64,000 nucleotides of DNA from Bdellovibrionales bacterium (GCA_965199825.1 OZ241329.1:128001-192000); one strand, 5' to 3'. Counted from the stretch's first letter, positions 29,218-40,104 are shown. The notes: generated by a model not told the origin, from the letters alone. Translations and numbers: made by a program.

Positions 29218-31658
29218 CCGGGGCGCTGAGATTTGCGGGCTTTTCCGCCGAGCACTTTGGCAAGAGGTTGGGAGGCTCTGGCGATTTGAGATTTTGGATA
29301 ATCAATGCGGTGATGGTATACGCCCAACAAAATTCGTTTAAAGGCATGTTCGATGACCGAGAGATCTTTAAGGGTCAGATTGCACTCTTCAAGCTGCCCA
29401 TCCAAAAACTTAGTCTGAATAATATTTTTAACAATATTTTGCAGGCGCGCAGGTGTGGGCTCATCGAGCGATCGGGCTGCGGCCTCAATACTATCGGCAA
29501 GCATCACAAGAGCGGCCTCACGAAATTGCGGCTTGGGACCTGGGTAACGAAAATCATCTTCTTCTACCGTATCGATATCTTCGTCTTGCTCTTCGAGAGC
29601 TTTATTATAAAAATAAGAAATCATGGTTGTGCCATGATGCTGAAGAATCCCGTCGATAATGGGTTGGCCCAATTTGTGTTGCAGCCCCATCTCTGCGCCA
29701 TCTTTCACATGGGCAATCAAAATGGTTTTGCTCATGTAAGGTGAAATTTGATCGTGAGGATTAAACCCGGGCCGTTGATTTTCGATAAAATATTGTGAGT
29801 GCTCCATCTTGCCGATGTCGTGATAATAAGCCATCACTTTTCCGAGCAAAGGATTTGCACCAATTTCGGTTGCGGCAGATTCAACCATCGAGCCCACTAC
29901 CAAAGAGTGATGATAAGTTCCAGGTGCCTTGACGATCATCTTTTGCATCAACGGATGATTCAAACTCGCAAGCTCGAGCAGCTTTACATCGGTTGTGTAA
30001 TTAAAAGATGATTCAAGTAGCGGAATCAGCATCATCGCAATTAAACTCGAAAAAATCCCTGAAACCAATCCTGCTGGAACATTCCAAATCAGCAGATGAA
30101 GCAATTCGCGATCGCCCAACTTTTGCATCAATATTAAAAACGCAACGGCGCCCGCAGCTACTAATCCTGAACGAATGCCCGCCCAATAAATTCCATTGCG
30201 GGTGCGGCATCCATAAACTCCGCGAGCCGCAGCGATTCCGCTAATCATGGTCACCAGCAAAAATGGAAAATTCATATCAACCATAACTGCTAAAACCATG
30301 GATAAAAATGCGGTAAACAACCACACCACTTCGCCCGACACAATCAAGAGGCCCACAAGCATGGGGCCCGAAGCCACGGGTGCCGCAATCAAAAAGACAG
30401 TGGACGGAATGGCACTGCCAAATCGCGAGATAAAGGCGGCATCCGTCATAAACAAGAAAAATTTAAGGAGCAAAACCACAAACAGTGTGACAAGTCCCAT
30501 GACAGAGAGATCTTTTAAACAGACTTTGACTTTGTTGGTTGTAAATCTGCGGGTGTAGGAAAAAAACACGAGCACCAAAAGCACAAATAAAAATGATCCG
30601 ATCAGAGCCACCAAGATCGATCGGCGATCGGCCTTCATGCTTAAAATATCATCGAGAATCATGATGTGGACCGGCTGAATCACCGAGCCCGCATTCACAA
30701 TAGTCTGATTTTTTTTAATCGAAAGTTGTACCGGCAATACCGATTGGCGCGCGCTTTTGCGACGATCAGTTGTTTCTTTTTGATTGTAAGTGAGATCCGG
30801 AGTTAAAAATTCGCGCGAAAAATTCTGTAAGCCCTGTTGATCGCGTGCATTGAGTTGTTCAAAACCATGTACCACCGGCACTTTGACCGAAGCGGGATCA
30901 TGAACAAACAAAACTTCTTTGGCGAGCACACGGGTTTCTTGAACACGACTGTCGTTGGAACGAATCACAAGTTCTGAATCAGGATTGGGCAGCTGAACTT
31001 TACCGCCTTCAAAAGTTTTGAGAGCATGCCAGGCCACCAGGACTCGGACCACCAAGTTTTCGATATGCGCACTAAACTTTTTCTCGACCAACCACTCATA
31101 ACTGCGATCAGAAATTGAGGCGCCCAAGATCTTTTCAAATTGAGGCTTGGTGGATAAAAATTCTTTTACCGCTTCTTCGCGCGCGTTTTCTTCTGACGGC
31201 CAAACCGAAGCTTTGACAAGATTTCGCATAAACCGAAATCCTTTGTACACTCCTGCAAGTTGATTTTCGAATGCCTCAGAATTGTAATCAAAAACGGGAG
31301 GAATACTGACTTCGGCTTCACGACGTTTTTCTTCGGTGGCGATATCATCCACAATTTGAAGATTGACCGGTGATTTGATGTCGCTTGCGGCAACATCGCC
31401 GACTTTATAGGAATAAGGAACTTCAAAGTCAGAAAATATGACCAGCGAAAGAGTCAGGCAAAATAAAAAAAGAAGGGCCACCCATCGCAATTGATAGCGA
31501 ACCTCCAGGCGTGCAGCGAGCTGACCAAACCATGTTTTTTCAAATCCTAAATTTTGAACGAAGTCATGAAAGTGGTGCGACGGATCCATATATTTGGATC
31601 GCAAATGAATTGCTGTACCGCTGTTTTTTCTGCGCCACTTCTTAATTAGTTTCATCAT
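29214..31658 (-). CDS. 7TM-HDIG phosphohydrolase (PgpH-like cyclic-dinucleotide phosphodiesterase family)
   Basis: Extracellular domain, multiple TMs, APGTYHHS, YHDIGK, HHGTT, FRYPGPKP. Confidence 0.9.
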   Translation of the reverse strand: MMKLIKKWRRKNSGTAIHLRSKYMDPSHHFHDFVQNLGFEKTWFGQLAARLEVRYQLRWVALLFLFCLTLSLVIFSDFEVPYSYKVGDVAASDIKSPVNLQIVDDIATEEKRREAEVSIPPVFDYNSEAFENQLAGVYKGFRFMRNLVKASVWPSEENAREEAVKEFLSTKPQFEKILGASISDRSYEWLVEKKFSAHIENLVVRVLVAWHALKTFEGGKVQLPNPDSELVIRSNDSRVQETRVLAKEVLFVHDPASVKVPVVHGFEQLNARDQQGLQNFSREFLTPDLTYNQKETTDRRKSARQSVLPVQLSIKKNQTIVNAGSVIQPVHIMILDDILSMKADRRSILVALIGSFLFVLLVLVFFSYTRRFTTNKVKVCLKDLSVMGLVTLFVVLLLKFFLFMTDAAFISRFGSAIPSTVFLIAAPVASGPMLVGLLIVSGEVVWLFTAFLSMVLAVMVDMNFPFLLVTMISGIAAARGVYGCRTRNGIYWAGIRSGLVAAGAVAFLILMQKLGDRELLHLLIWNVPAGLVSGIFSSLIAMMLIPLLESSFNYTTDVKLLELASLNHPLMQKMIVKAPGTYHHSLVVGSMVESAATEIGANPLLGKVMAYYHDIGKMEHSQYFIENQRPGFNPHDQISPYMSKTILIAHVKDGAEMGLQHKLGQPIIDGILQHHGTTMISYFYNKALEEQDEDIDTVEEDDFRYPGPKPQFREAALVMLADSIEAAARSLDEPTPARLQNIVKNIIQTKFLDGQLEECNLTLKDLSVIEHAFKRILLGVYHHRIDYPKSQIARASQPLAKVLGGKARKSQRPG

Positions 31659-31755
31659 GTCTCTTGTTACTATTTTTGGGCATTTCGGTTAAAAGAGCGA
31701 AGGTTCTTATTGCCCATCAGGCCTTCCTAGACAAAAGAAAAGGGAAAAATAAACC

Positions 31756-32547
31756 ATGTCCACACCACCAGAAAACTTAAATGAGTTTAGCGCACTCTTA
31801 GAGGTAGTTGCAACACTTCGTGCGCCAGAAGGCTGCCCGTGGGACCGAGAGCAAACTCATCAGACTTTAACCCGGTATGCTCTGGAAGAAGCCGCAGAAC
31901 TTGTCGAGGCCATCGATCGAAAAGATGACCTCGCCCTGTGCGATGAATTGGGGGATGTTTTGCTGCAAGTGTTGCTACACGCCCAAATCGCCAAAGAGCG
32001 CGGAGCCTTTGATATCTCAAATGTTATCGAATCACTCAATCGCAAGATGCTGCGACGTCATCCTCATGTTTTTGGCACCACAAAGGCCACATCGATTGAT
32101 GAAATCCAAAAAAATTGGGATGAAATCAAAAAGGTCGAAAAACCAAAAGAGTCTATTTTTAGTTTTCCAAAGTCCCTTTCGGCACTGATCGTGTCACAAA
32201 AAATTGGTGAAAAAAGTGGAAATTACAAATTCGATTGGTCAACAAGCTCAGAGGTTTTTGAAAAAGTGCGCGAAGAATTTTTGGAACTCGAAGAGGCCTT
32301 GGCCGCAAACGATCAACAGCATCAGGGCGAAGAGATCGGAGATCTTTTGTTTACCCTGACCCAACTTGCGCGACACTCAAAACTTGATGGTGAAACTGTT
32401 TTAAGACAAACCAATCAACGATTTGAAAAACGGTTTTTAAAATTGCTTGAGCTCCAAAAACTAGATCCCAATCAAAATCTTGAAGTGTTGTGGCAAAGAT
32501 CAAAAAAAATTATTGCCGACGAAAGCGCCTCGTTAACAACGAAGTAA
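31756..32547 (+). CDS. mazG: nucleoside triphosphate pyrophosphohydrolase MazG
   Basis: LRAPEGCPWDREQT, ELGDVLLQV, RRHPHVF, EIGDLLF. Confidence 0.94.
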   Translation: MSTPPENLNEFSALLEVVATLRAPEGCPWDREQTHQTLTRYALEEAAELVEAIDRKDDLALCDELGDVLLQVLLHAQIAKERGAFDISNVIESLNRKMLRRHPHVFGTTKATSIDEIQKNWDEIKKVEKPKESIFSFPKSLSALIVSQKIGEKSGNYKFDWSTSSEVFEKVREEFLELEEALAANDQQHQGEEIGDLLFTLTQLARHSKLDGETVLRQTNQRFEKRFLKLLELQKLDPNQNLEVLWQRSKKIIADESASLTTK

Positions 32548-34117
32548 ATTGTTGGGCTTCGTTTGAGCGCAGCAACAGTGTTACCCCGATATAAACAAAA
32601 CCACCGACGATCACTGTCACCGTCAGCCCAAAAACCTGGGCAATATTTAAACTCACAAAAGCTTTAAACTGGGCAAAACAAAACTGATAAATCGGATCAA
32701 GACAAAGTGCCATCAAAGCTGCAGCAGGTAGCATGGGCAAAAGACTCTTAATTAATCTCACCAGAGGAAGTTTTCCGATCATAAATCGAAATGCAAAAAT
32801 CAAAAGCAGCAGATTGACCGCGGCCGAAAGTGTGGTCGAAGACATCAACCCAGGAAGCCCATAGAGCTCGACAAAATACTGCGCCAAAAAATAATGAATA
32901 ATCAAACTCACGGCGCCTGCAAGCGCAGGATACCAGGTGTTTTGAACCGCATAAAATCCAGGAACAATGAGGCGCGCCACACTCGAGATCAATAGCAACA
33001 CCGAATAAATTTGCGAAATTTGTGCGGTTGCGATTGCCTCGGTCAAGCGATCGGGCCCACGGTAAAAAAGCACCTGCACCAAAGGAAGTGCCAGAAAATA
33101 CATTCCTACCGCAGAAGGAATAGACAAAAATAAAAGAAAGCTCAAATTTTTGGAAAGCACTTGAAGCATCTCTTCTTTTTTACCCACACTCCAGAGTTGC
33201 GAAAGTGTGGGCAAAAGGGCTGCACCCAAACTGATTGCGATCAAACTTTGTGGGAGCTCCAGCAATCGATCCGCCGCATACACAAAAGAATGGGATCCTT
33301 CTTTGAGGCGCGAGGCAAAACTCATATTGACCAAGGTGGTCAGCTGCAAAACTCCCAATCCTAAAATTCCGGGAGCCATATTCCTTAAAACTTTCCACAC
33401 TCCAGGAAGGCGAGTTTTTAAAGTCAGCCGCGGCAAATAGCCGAGTCGGTACAATTGAACTGCAACCATCACCGCTTGGCCAAACCCGCCGGCGATCACT
33501 CCCCACGCCAAAATATCTCCGGGTCGCCCCCAAGTTTGGGGAAGGAGCGATGAAATAATGCAGATCAAATTAAAAAGAGCAGGAGCAAGAGCCGCGATCA
33601 GGAATTTTTTAAGCGCATTGGCGATCGCCATATAATAGGCATAGGTCGTCACCAAAAAAAGATAGCCAAACATAATCTGGCTTAAAGCGACCGTCTGCTC
33701 AAATTTCCCGGGGACTGACAAATAGCCTTCGCCACTGAGCAAAAATCCTAATATCTCGCGCATATAGAGAATACCTAGGACCGATAAAGTCGAGGTCACA
33801 ATCCACAGCACCGTATTGATTGCTGAGGATAAGGCCTTGGCGCGGGCTTCTCGAACCTCTTTAGGAAAACTTTCGGGGCTTGAAAGTTGCTCGATAAAAA
33901 TCGGAATAAAGCTAACCGAAAGCGAGCCCTCACCCAAGAGCCTGCGAAACATATTGGGGAGTCGAAACGAAACCACAAAGGCATCGGTGATGGTCTTCGA
34001 GAAGAAGGCAAATAAGATTTGATCGCGAATCATGCCCAAAATGCGGCTAGCGAGGGTTCCCAAGGACATCAGTGCGGCTGAACGCACCACCGAGGAGCTT
34101 TTATTCGACTCGGACAA
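32510..34117 (-). CDS. murJ: lipid II flippase MurJ
   Basis: SRILGMIRD, FRLPNMFRRLLGEG, ADRLLELP. Confidence 0.94.
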   Translation of the reverse strand: MSESNKSSSVVRSAALMSLGTLASRILGMIRDQILFAFFSKTITDAFVVSFRLPNMFRRLLGEGSLSVSFIPIFIEQLSSPESFPKEVREARAKALSSAINTVLWIVTSTLSVLGILYMREILGFLLSGEGYLSVPGKFEQTVALSQIMFGYLFLVTTYAYYMAIANALKKFLIAALAPALFNLICIISSLLPQTWGRPGDILAWGVIAGGFGQAVMVAVQLYRLGYLPRLTLKTRLPGVWKVLRNMAPGILGLGVLQLTTLVNMSFASRLKEGSHSFVYAADRLLELPQSLIAISLGAALLPTLSQLWSVGKKEEMLQVLSKNLSFLLFLSIPSAVGMYFLALPLVQVLFYRGPDRLTEAIATAQISQIYSVLLLISSVARLIVPGFYAVQNTWYPALAGAVSLIIHYFLAQYFVELYGLPGLMSSTTLSAAVNLLLLIFAFRFMIGKLPLVRLIKSLLPMLPAAALMALCLDPIYQFCFAQFKAFVSLNIAQVFGLTVTVIVGGFVYIGVTLLLRSNEAQQFTSLLTRRFRRQ

Positions 34118-34189
34118 GGGACTCCTTGAAACACATGTGGAATGAGGTTATAGGTTCAGGCTTTAAAGTAAATCATTGGAGGTTCTCAC

Positions 34190-34456
34190 TTGGCAAATTT
34201 AAAGTCGGCAGCAAAGCGCGCGCGCCAGTCGCCAAAAAAACAGGCGACAAATATGAAAACAAAAAACTCTGTCCGCACATTTGAAAAAAAATTGCGTGTT
34301 GCAATCGCTGCTAAGGACATGACCACATCTCAAACTTTACTGAAAGATGTGGCATCCAAACTCGATAAAGCAGCCACCAAAGGTGTGATCCATAGAAAAA
34401 CTGCGGCTCGAAAAGTGTCTCGCCTTGCTACCCAGGTCAAAAGCCTTCAAGCCTAA
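34190..34456 (+). CDS. rpsT: 30S ribosomal protein S20
   Basis: MANLKSAAKRARQ...KGVIHRKTAARKVSRL. Confidence 0.96.
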   Translation: MANLKSAAKRARQSPKKQATNMKTKNSVRTFEKKLRVAIAAKDMTTSQTLLKDVASKLDKAATKGVIHRKTAARKVSRLATQVKSLQA

Positions 34457-34466
34457 ATCAACTCGA

Positions 34467-34500
34467 TGAGCTTTTTTCTTTTTTGATGAGGAAAAGCTCA
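34467..34500. terminator. hairpin between convergent rpsT and PilZ genes
   Basis: TGAGCTTTT...AAAAGCTCA inverted repeat. Confidence 0.5.
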
Positions 34501-34518
34501 CGACCGAAATTACTTGAA

Positions 34519-34845
34519 TTAGCGCGCGGATGACGAAACGAAGTTTCTAACTGCCCGTTTTGCCGGAAAATCAAGATTCTGAAATCCAATTCCATAGAGT
34601 TGTTCTTTTTGATTATAAAGAACTTCGGATCGCACCACGAGTTGGGCTCCCTCAGGCAATCGAAACGTAACTAAGATCAACTGACCCACCAAAAGTTTTT
34701 GTTGGGTAAAAATCAACATCCCGCCTTCGCCCAATTGAAGTGAACTGCACACCTCATAATGGCCTTCACACAAGAGACCGACCTTGGCTTTTAATTTTCG
34801 ACGTGGAACTTTGCGATGCGCAGACATAAGGCCTTTTCGGTGCAT
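34519..34845 (-). CDS. stand-alone PilZ-domain protein
   Basis: RKVPR (RxxxR), QLGEGGM, YGIGF. Confidence 0.8.
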   Translation of the reverse strand: MHRKGLMSAHRKVPRRKLKAKVGLLCEGHYEVCSSLQLGEGGMLIFTQQKLLVGQLILVTFRLPEGAQLVVRSEVLYNQKEQLYGIGFQNLDFPAKRAVRNFVSSSAR

Positions 34846-34864
34846 CGTCCAACAAGCTCGAGTC

Positions 34865-35869
34865 CTAGAGATCGCGGCAGGTTTGCAAAATAAAATTCTC
34901 GAGCCAAATATGGGGCGAGATGGGTGAGCTTTTGAGCGCTCGATCGGTCTCGAGCAAAGAATGAAGGGTTTGCTTAATCTTTGGCTGCTTCCAGCGTTTG
35001 GCTTGCGATAAATATTCGGTTAAAAAAAACTGCGGGATCCCGGCCTTGGTCGCAAGCTTGATTCCGCTTAGTCCTTGGTCGAGTCCATCATTTAAGTTGG
35101 CGATGATCCGAATATGTCTGGTGATCAAAGCAAGAGCGCCCACCTCGTTTTGACCTTGCTCAAGCAAATGGGCAAGTGACGTCAAAGCCTGAGCCCGATC
35201 ATTTTTGCCAATCGCATTTGCAAGTTCAAACACACTCTCAACCCGTGACTGCGACACCACTTGCATCACATCTTCGGCCCGAATTTCGGTGCGATCTCCG
35301 AGATAAGCTTGGAGTTTTACGATTTCATTATTGATCTCTGCGAGATTGATTCCGACAAATTGTTCGATCAGCTCGATGGCTTCTTTATGAATGGTCAAAC
35401 CCGATTTTCGTGCGATGTAGTCAATCCACATGGGCATTTGATTTTCAAAAGGTCGTTTGAGTTCAACGATCACGCCATTGTCGTAAATTTTTTTGTAGTA
35501 CTTTTTTCGTTTATCGATTTTTTCGGCAACCAAAATAAATGTGGTCGACTCCACTGGCGAATCAAATAATGGAAATAAAACTTCCCAATCTTTTTCTTTG
35601 AGCACATCCACATTGCGATAAATCACCACGCGGCGCGGACTCATCATCGGCAGCATCTCGGCGGTGTCGCGCACATGGGAGGCTTGAGTGTCAGGGGCAA
35701 AAAATGAATCCGAATTAAAATCGAGATTCACATCTTGGAGAGCTGCGGTCTTAAGAGCGCTCAAGGCCTCTTGAATCAAAAAAAGATCTTCGCTTGCAAT
35801 CAAGTAAAGGGTTTGAACCGTTTTACTTTCGCAGTTGAGCTGAAGCTTTCGTAAATCCCAAACCGCCAC
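34865..35869 (-). CDS. holA: DNA polymerase III delta subunit
   Basis: LPMMSPRRVV, DKRKK, EIVKL, VFELANAI; follows lptE. Confidence 0.9.
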   Translation of the reverse strand: MAVWDLRKLQLNCESKTVQTLYLIASEDLFLIQEALSALKTAALQDVNLDFNSDSFFAPDTQASHVRDTAEMLPMMSPRRVVIYRNVDVLKEKDWEVLFPLFDSPVESTTFILVAEKIDKRKKYYKKIYDNGVIVELKRPFENQMPMWIDYIARKSGLTIHKEAIELIEQFVGINLAEINNEIVKLQAYLGDRTEIRAEDVMQVVSQSRVESVFELANAIGKNDRAQALTSLAHLLEQGQNEVGALALITRHIRIIANLNDGLDQGLSGIKLATKAGIPQFFLTEYLSQAKRWKQPKIKQTLHSLLETDRALKSSPISPHIWLENFILQTCRDL

Positions 35870-35872
35870 GTT

Positions 35873-36430
35873 TTAAAAATTCTCCGTGAGCGAATCGTGG
35901 GCCTCTTCCATCATTTCATCAGCGAGGCGCGAAATTGTTTGGAGCCGGCTGCTTTGATTGTAAAGAGGGTCCGCCGAATTAATAAACGGCAGGGTCACTC
36001 GAGGAGCCGAATACACACGCTCGCGGCTAAACGCTTGCTCCCAAATGATGCGTTGATCTGATTTTCTACGCAGGCGCAAATTCACAGTGAGAGTGATTCG
36101 ATTTTCGGTATTTAAAACGGTGTCCACCGGAAAATCGGGTGATGTCGAGTTGCCTTGAATAATCTGAACCGAAGGCAAAACATCGACCCTGCGGATTTCA
36201 CCCTCAAGGGTGAGGGGCGAATCATCTTTGCTCATCAGTTTTGCAACACGCGAGCGTTCGAATTCACGGCGCAAGGCATTCGTAAAATAAGTCTCGATAC
36301 TGACTTCATCACTGCGGTTTGAAAAAACTGGGATCGCCAATTGATCATAGCCGCCAGGCAACGCCCGACCGCGATCACCGAGGTGATAGGCGCATGAGGT
36401 TAAAACAAAAATCATCCAAATCCATTTCAT
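35873..36430 (-). CDS. lptE: LPS assembly lipoprotein LptE
   Basis: Lipobox LTSC-AYH, IPVFSNRS; upstream of holA; start moved to ATG 36430. Confidence 0.8.
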   Translation of the reverse strand: MKWIWMIFVLTSCAYHLGDRGRALPGGYDQLAIPVFSNRSDEVSIETYFTNALRREFERSRVAKLMSKDDSPLTLEGEIRRVDVLPSVQIIQGNSTSPDFPVDTVLNTENRITLTVNLRLRRKSDQRIIWEQAFSRERVYSAPRVTLPFINSADPLYNQSSRLQTISRLADEMMEEAHDSLTENF

Positions 36431-36503
36431 CGAATAATAAACTAGCGATGCCACTTCAAAAATTCAACTTCTGCCTGAATGCCTTTTGCACTATAGCTAA
36501 TTT

Positions 36504-37661
36504 ATGTCGAATCCCTATCTTTTGATGGCCCCTGGCCCTGTTCAACTCGCCCCTGAAGTTCTTGAAGCGCTGGCGGAGCCGATGATTCACCATCGAACAC
36601 CTGAATTTGATCAGATTCTAAAGCGGGTGCTCGAGCGCTTGCCCGCGGTTTTTAAAACTTCTGAGCCGGTGATGATGATTTCATCCACAGGTTCGGGCGC
36701 AATGGAGGCGGCCCTTATCAATACTCTCTCCACAGGAGACGAAGTTCTGGCGATCGTGTCGGGTAAATTTGGCGAGCGTTGGAGTCAGATGGCTCAACGT
36801 TTTGGACTCAAAGTCCATGAGCTCCAAGTGCCGTGGGGTGAGGCGGTGGATCTTTCGATATTAGAAAAAAAAATGCGCGCGCATCCCCGGCTCAAAGCGG
36901 TGCTCACCCAGGCCTGTGAGACCAGTACGGCGACTTTGCACCCGGTCCAAAAAATTTCTGAGTTGGTTCAGCGCTTAACTCCAGAGGCTCTGCTGATGGT
37001 CGATGCGATCACCGCTATTGGTGCAACCCCATTACCAATGGATGAGTGGCAACTCGATGTGGTGGTTGCAGGATCGCAAAAAGCTTTTATGTTACCCACG
37101 GGTTTGAGTTTTGTGGCGCTTTCAAAAAAAGCCTGGAAGGCCAACGCGAGTGCCAATCTGCCGCGCTTTTATTTTGATTTATTATTTGAAAAAAACAGCA
37201 ATCAAAAAGGTGAAACCTATTTTAGTTCGAATGTGGTCTTGATTAAAGCTTTGGATCGAGTGCTTCATCGATTTGAAAATCTCGAAGTCTCAATCCATCG
37301 CTGTCAGGCCTATGCCGAATTTACCCGCCAAGTGGCAAGCGAGCTTTTGCGCATGGACACGTATTCTCGCTCACCTGCTCCATCGGTCACCGCACTCAAA
37401 GTCCCAAGTGTTGTTGATGGAAAAAAACTGCGCCTCCAACTTGAGAGCAAATACAATGTCACCGTGATGGGTGGCCAAGATCAGCTGCAAGGAAAAATTT
37501 TGCGGATTGGACATCTTGGTTATGTGCAAAAAAAAGATCTGGTTGATACCCTAACCTATTTAGGAATGAGTTTTAATGATCTCGGATATGCGGTTGAAAA
37601 ATCGGCACTCGCCCGTATCGCTCCTGCCGCCGAGACCTTTTTAAAAGATGTGACGTTATGA
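36504..37661 (+). CDS. class V PLP aminotransferase (serine-pyruvate / phosphoserine aminotransferase-like)
   Basis: PGP, HHRT, ETST, VDAIT, GSQKAFMLPTG. Confidence 0.9.
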   Translation: MSNPYLLMAPGPVQLAPEVLEALAEPMIHHRTPEFDQILKRVLERLPAVFKTSEPVMMISSTGSGAMEAALINTLSTGDEVLAIVSGKFGERWSQMAQRFGLKVHELQVPWGEAVDLSILEKKMRAHPRLKAVLTQACETSTATLHPVQKISELVQRLTPEALLMVDAITAIGATPLPMDEWQLDVVVAGSQKAFMLPTGLSFVALSKKAWKANASANLPRFYFDLLFEKNSNQKGETYFSSNVVLIKALDRVLHRFENLEVSIHRCQAYAEFTRQVASELLRMDTYSRSPAPSVTALKVPSVVDGKKLRLQLESKYNVTVMGGQDQLQGKILRIGHLGYVQKKDLVDTLTYLGMSFNDLGYAVEKSALARIAPAAETFLKDVTL

Positions 37662-38638
37662 AAATTTTGGTTTCCGATTTATTCTCGAACACTGCGATCG
37701 CCCGCCTCAAAGCCAACCCAAAAATTGAACTGATTCAGTGCCTTCCAAAAGAGGTCACCACCGAAAAGCTCAAAGAGATTTCGATTTGGCTTTTGCGCTC
37801 GCGCACTCAAGTGCATAAAAAACTAATTGATGAGGCAAAGAATTTAAAGTTGGTGATCACATCCACAAGCGGATTTGATCATCTCGATATCGAAGAGCTC
37901 AAAAAAAGAAATATTATTGCGGCCTACACCCCTGATGCAAATGTTGAGAGTGCGGCTTCACACACGTGGACCTTACTTTTAGCTCTCACTCGACATTTAA
38001 ATATGGGATTTGAAGCGATCAAAAAACAAGAATGGCGCGAGAGTGTTCCTCGCGGCGAATTGCTCAAAGGAAAAACTTTGGGCTTGATGGGACTTGGACG
38101 GATCGGTCAGCGTGTGGCCCAAATGGGATTGGCTTTTGGAATGGACGTGATCGCGTTTGATCCTTATCAGTCTGACGAAGTTTTTAAAAACATCGAGCGC
38201 TCGGGACAAGCCGAAGTTTTTAGGGCGAGTGATGTGTTGTCGCTTCATGTGCCGCTCACAAAAGAAACTTTTAGAATGATTAATCATGCGACCCTTCATA
38301 ATCTCAATCCCGATGCCTATCTGATCAACACGTCGCGGGGTTCGGTGATTGAAGAAACCGAATTGTGCGAGGCTTTAGATGAAGGCATTTTGCGCGGTGT
38401 TGCTCTTGATGTTTTCGAGCGCGAGCCATTGGTCAAAACCTCAAAATTACGAGGACGAAAAAATGTGATTTTATCTCCGCATCTTGGTGCCTACACCGCA
38501 GAGGCTTTGGAATCTGCAAGTCATCAAGCGGTCGATCAGGTGGAGCAATTTTTGAGTGAGAAACCGGTGGCAAATACTTTGCCTTTAACGGCTCCCTGGT
38601 ATGAACTCATTGGCCATTGGCCAGGAAAGGAAATGTAA
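37658..38638 (+). CDS. D-2-hydroxyacid dehydrogenase (SerA-like, no ACT domain)
   Basis: GLGRIG, INTSRG, LDVFEREP, SPHLGAYT. Confidence 0.85.
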   Translation: MKILVSDLFSNTAIARLKANPKIELIQCLPKEVTTEKLKEISIWLLRSRTQVHKKLIDEAKNLKLVITSTSGFDHLDIEELKKRNIIAAYTPDANVESAASHTWTLLLALTRHLNMGFEAIKKQEWRESVPRGELLKGKTLGLMGLGRIGQRVAQMGLAFGMDVIAFDPYQSDEVFKNIERSGQAEVFRASDVLSLHVPLTKETFRMINHATLHNLNPDAYLINTSRGSVIEETELCEALDEGILRGVALDVFEREPLVKTSKLRGRKNVILSPHLGAYTAEALESASHQAVDQVEQFLSEKPVANTLPLTAPWYELIGHWPGKEM

Positions 38639-39930
38639 TGCCCGGAATTATTGTTGTTGGTGCTCAGTGGGGCGATGAGGGGAAAGGCAAGGTCGTCGAT
38701 ATCTTTTCGGCCCAGGCCGATTTTGTGGTGCGCTATCAAGGCGGCGCCAATGCCGGTCACACGTTGATGGTCGAAGGCAAAAAAACGATTCTCCATCTTG
38801 TGCCTTCGGGCGTTTTGCATCCTCACACCACTTGTGTCATTGCAGCCGGCGTGGTTTTGGATGTCGAAAAAATTGTTGAAGAGATTCAAGCTCTGAAGCA
38901 AGCCGGTCTACTTAAAAATTCAAAGCAATTGATGATTTCAGATTCGTGCACATTGATTTTGCCCTATCATCGCGTGCTCGATCAAATGCGCGAGCAAGCG
39001 GCCAAGACCGAAAAAATCGGAACTACCGGCAAAGGCATAGGCCCCGCCTACGAAGACCGCGCTTCGCGCACCGCAATTTTGTTTGGTGATTTGTTTTCGC
39101 GCGACACATTAAAAGCAAAACTCGAAGCGTCTTTAAGAGAAAAAAACTTTTTGCTCGAACGCTTTTATCAACACGAACCTTTCTCAGTAAATGAATTGAT
39201 GGAGCAGCTTGGTCCCTTAACCGAGGAGCTTTTGCCCTATCGTTGCAAAGACACTTCGCTGGCGATTTATCGCGCGCTTAAATCAGGGCGCAAAGTTTTG
39301 TTCGAAGGTGCTCAAGGAAGTTTGCTTGATCTGTTGCATGGCACTTATCCCTTTGTAACGAGCTCTTCGACACTTGCGGGCTCTGCCCTGATCGGCTCAG
39401 GCATTGGGCCCACCCTCGTCCAAAAAGTTGTGGCCATTGCCAAAGGCTACACCACACGCGTGGGCTCAGGTCCTTTTCCCACCGAGTGCATGGATCAAGA
39501 GGGTGTCGAGATGCAAACCCGCGGGGCCGAGTTTGGTGCAACCACCGGCCGCCCAAGGCGTTGTGGATGGCTCGACTTAGTTGCTCTAAAATATGCGATT
39601 CGTTTGAATGGCATCACCAATATTGCGTTGATGAAAATTGATGTCTTGAGTGGTTTTGAAAAATTAAAAGTCTGCACCTCGTATGAGCTCGATGGACAAA
39701 TCATTAGTGAATACCCGGTCAGTCCCGGTGATCTTGCCAAGTGCAAACCGGTCTATGAAACCTTGAGCGGTTGGAAAGAGGATTTGTCGCAAGCAAAATC
39801 GATGAAGGATCTTCCGCGCAACGCTCAGGAGTATGTCAATTTTGTGGGTGCAGAGTTGGGAATTCCGATCGATGTGGTTTCAATTGGACCCGGTCGCGAC
39901 CAAACTTTGTGGATAAAACCATTATTCTGA
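38638..39930 (+). CDS. purA: adenylosuccinate synthetase
   Basis: GAQWGDEGKGK, GGANAGHT, GATTGRPRRCGW; start at ATG 38638. Confidence 0.97.
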   Translation: MPGIIVVGAQWGDEGKGKVVDIFSAQADFVVRYQGGANAGHTLMVEGKKTILHLVPSGVLHPHTTCVIAAGVVLDVEKIVEEIQALKQAGLLKNSKQLMISDSCTLILPYHRVLDQMREQAAKTEKIGTTGKGIGPAYEDRASRTAILFGDLFSRDTLKAKLEASLREKNFLLERFYQHEPFSVNELMEQLGPLTEELLPYRCKDTSLAIYRALKSGRKVLFEGAQGSLLDLLHGTYPFVTSSSTLAGSALIGSGIGPTLVQKVVAIAKGYTTRVGSGPFPTECMDQEGVEMQTRGAEFGATTGRPRRCGWLDLVALKYAIRLNGITNIALMKIDVLSGFEKLKVCTSYELDGQIISEYPVSPGDLAKCKPVYETLSGWKEDLSQAKSMKDLPRNAQEYVNFVGAELGIPIDVVSIGPGRDQTLWIKPLF

Positions 39931-40016
39931 CTTAAAGGGTCAGATTTCTCATTCGAAGGTTGACTTAAAAGTCGCCGTAATTGAAATAGAATGCTCTTTT
40001 AAAATGTTTCCATAGT

Positions 40017-40092
40017 GATCCGCTAGCTCAGCTGGTAGAGCATCTCCCTTTTAAGGAGAGGGTCGATGGTTCGAGTCCATCGCGGGTCACCA
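40017..40092 (+). tRNA. tRNA-Lys(TTT)
   Basis: Cloverleaf, anticodon loop CTTTTAA, TTCGA T-loop, encoded CCA. Confidence 0.95.
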
Positions 40093-40104
40093 ACTTTTTT
40101 TCTT

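Noticed and set aside
39960..39992. sigma70 promoter for the tRNA pair
   Set aside because: TTGACT and TAGAAT are 21 bp apart, so it cannot be called confidently
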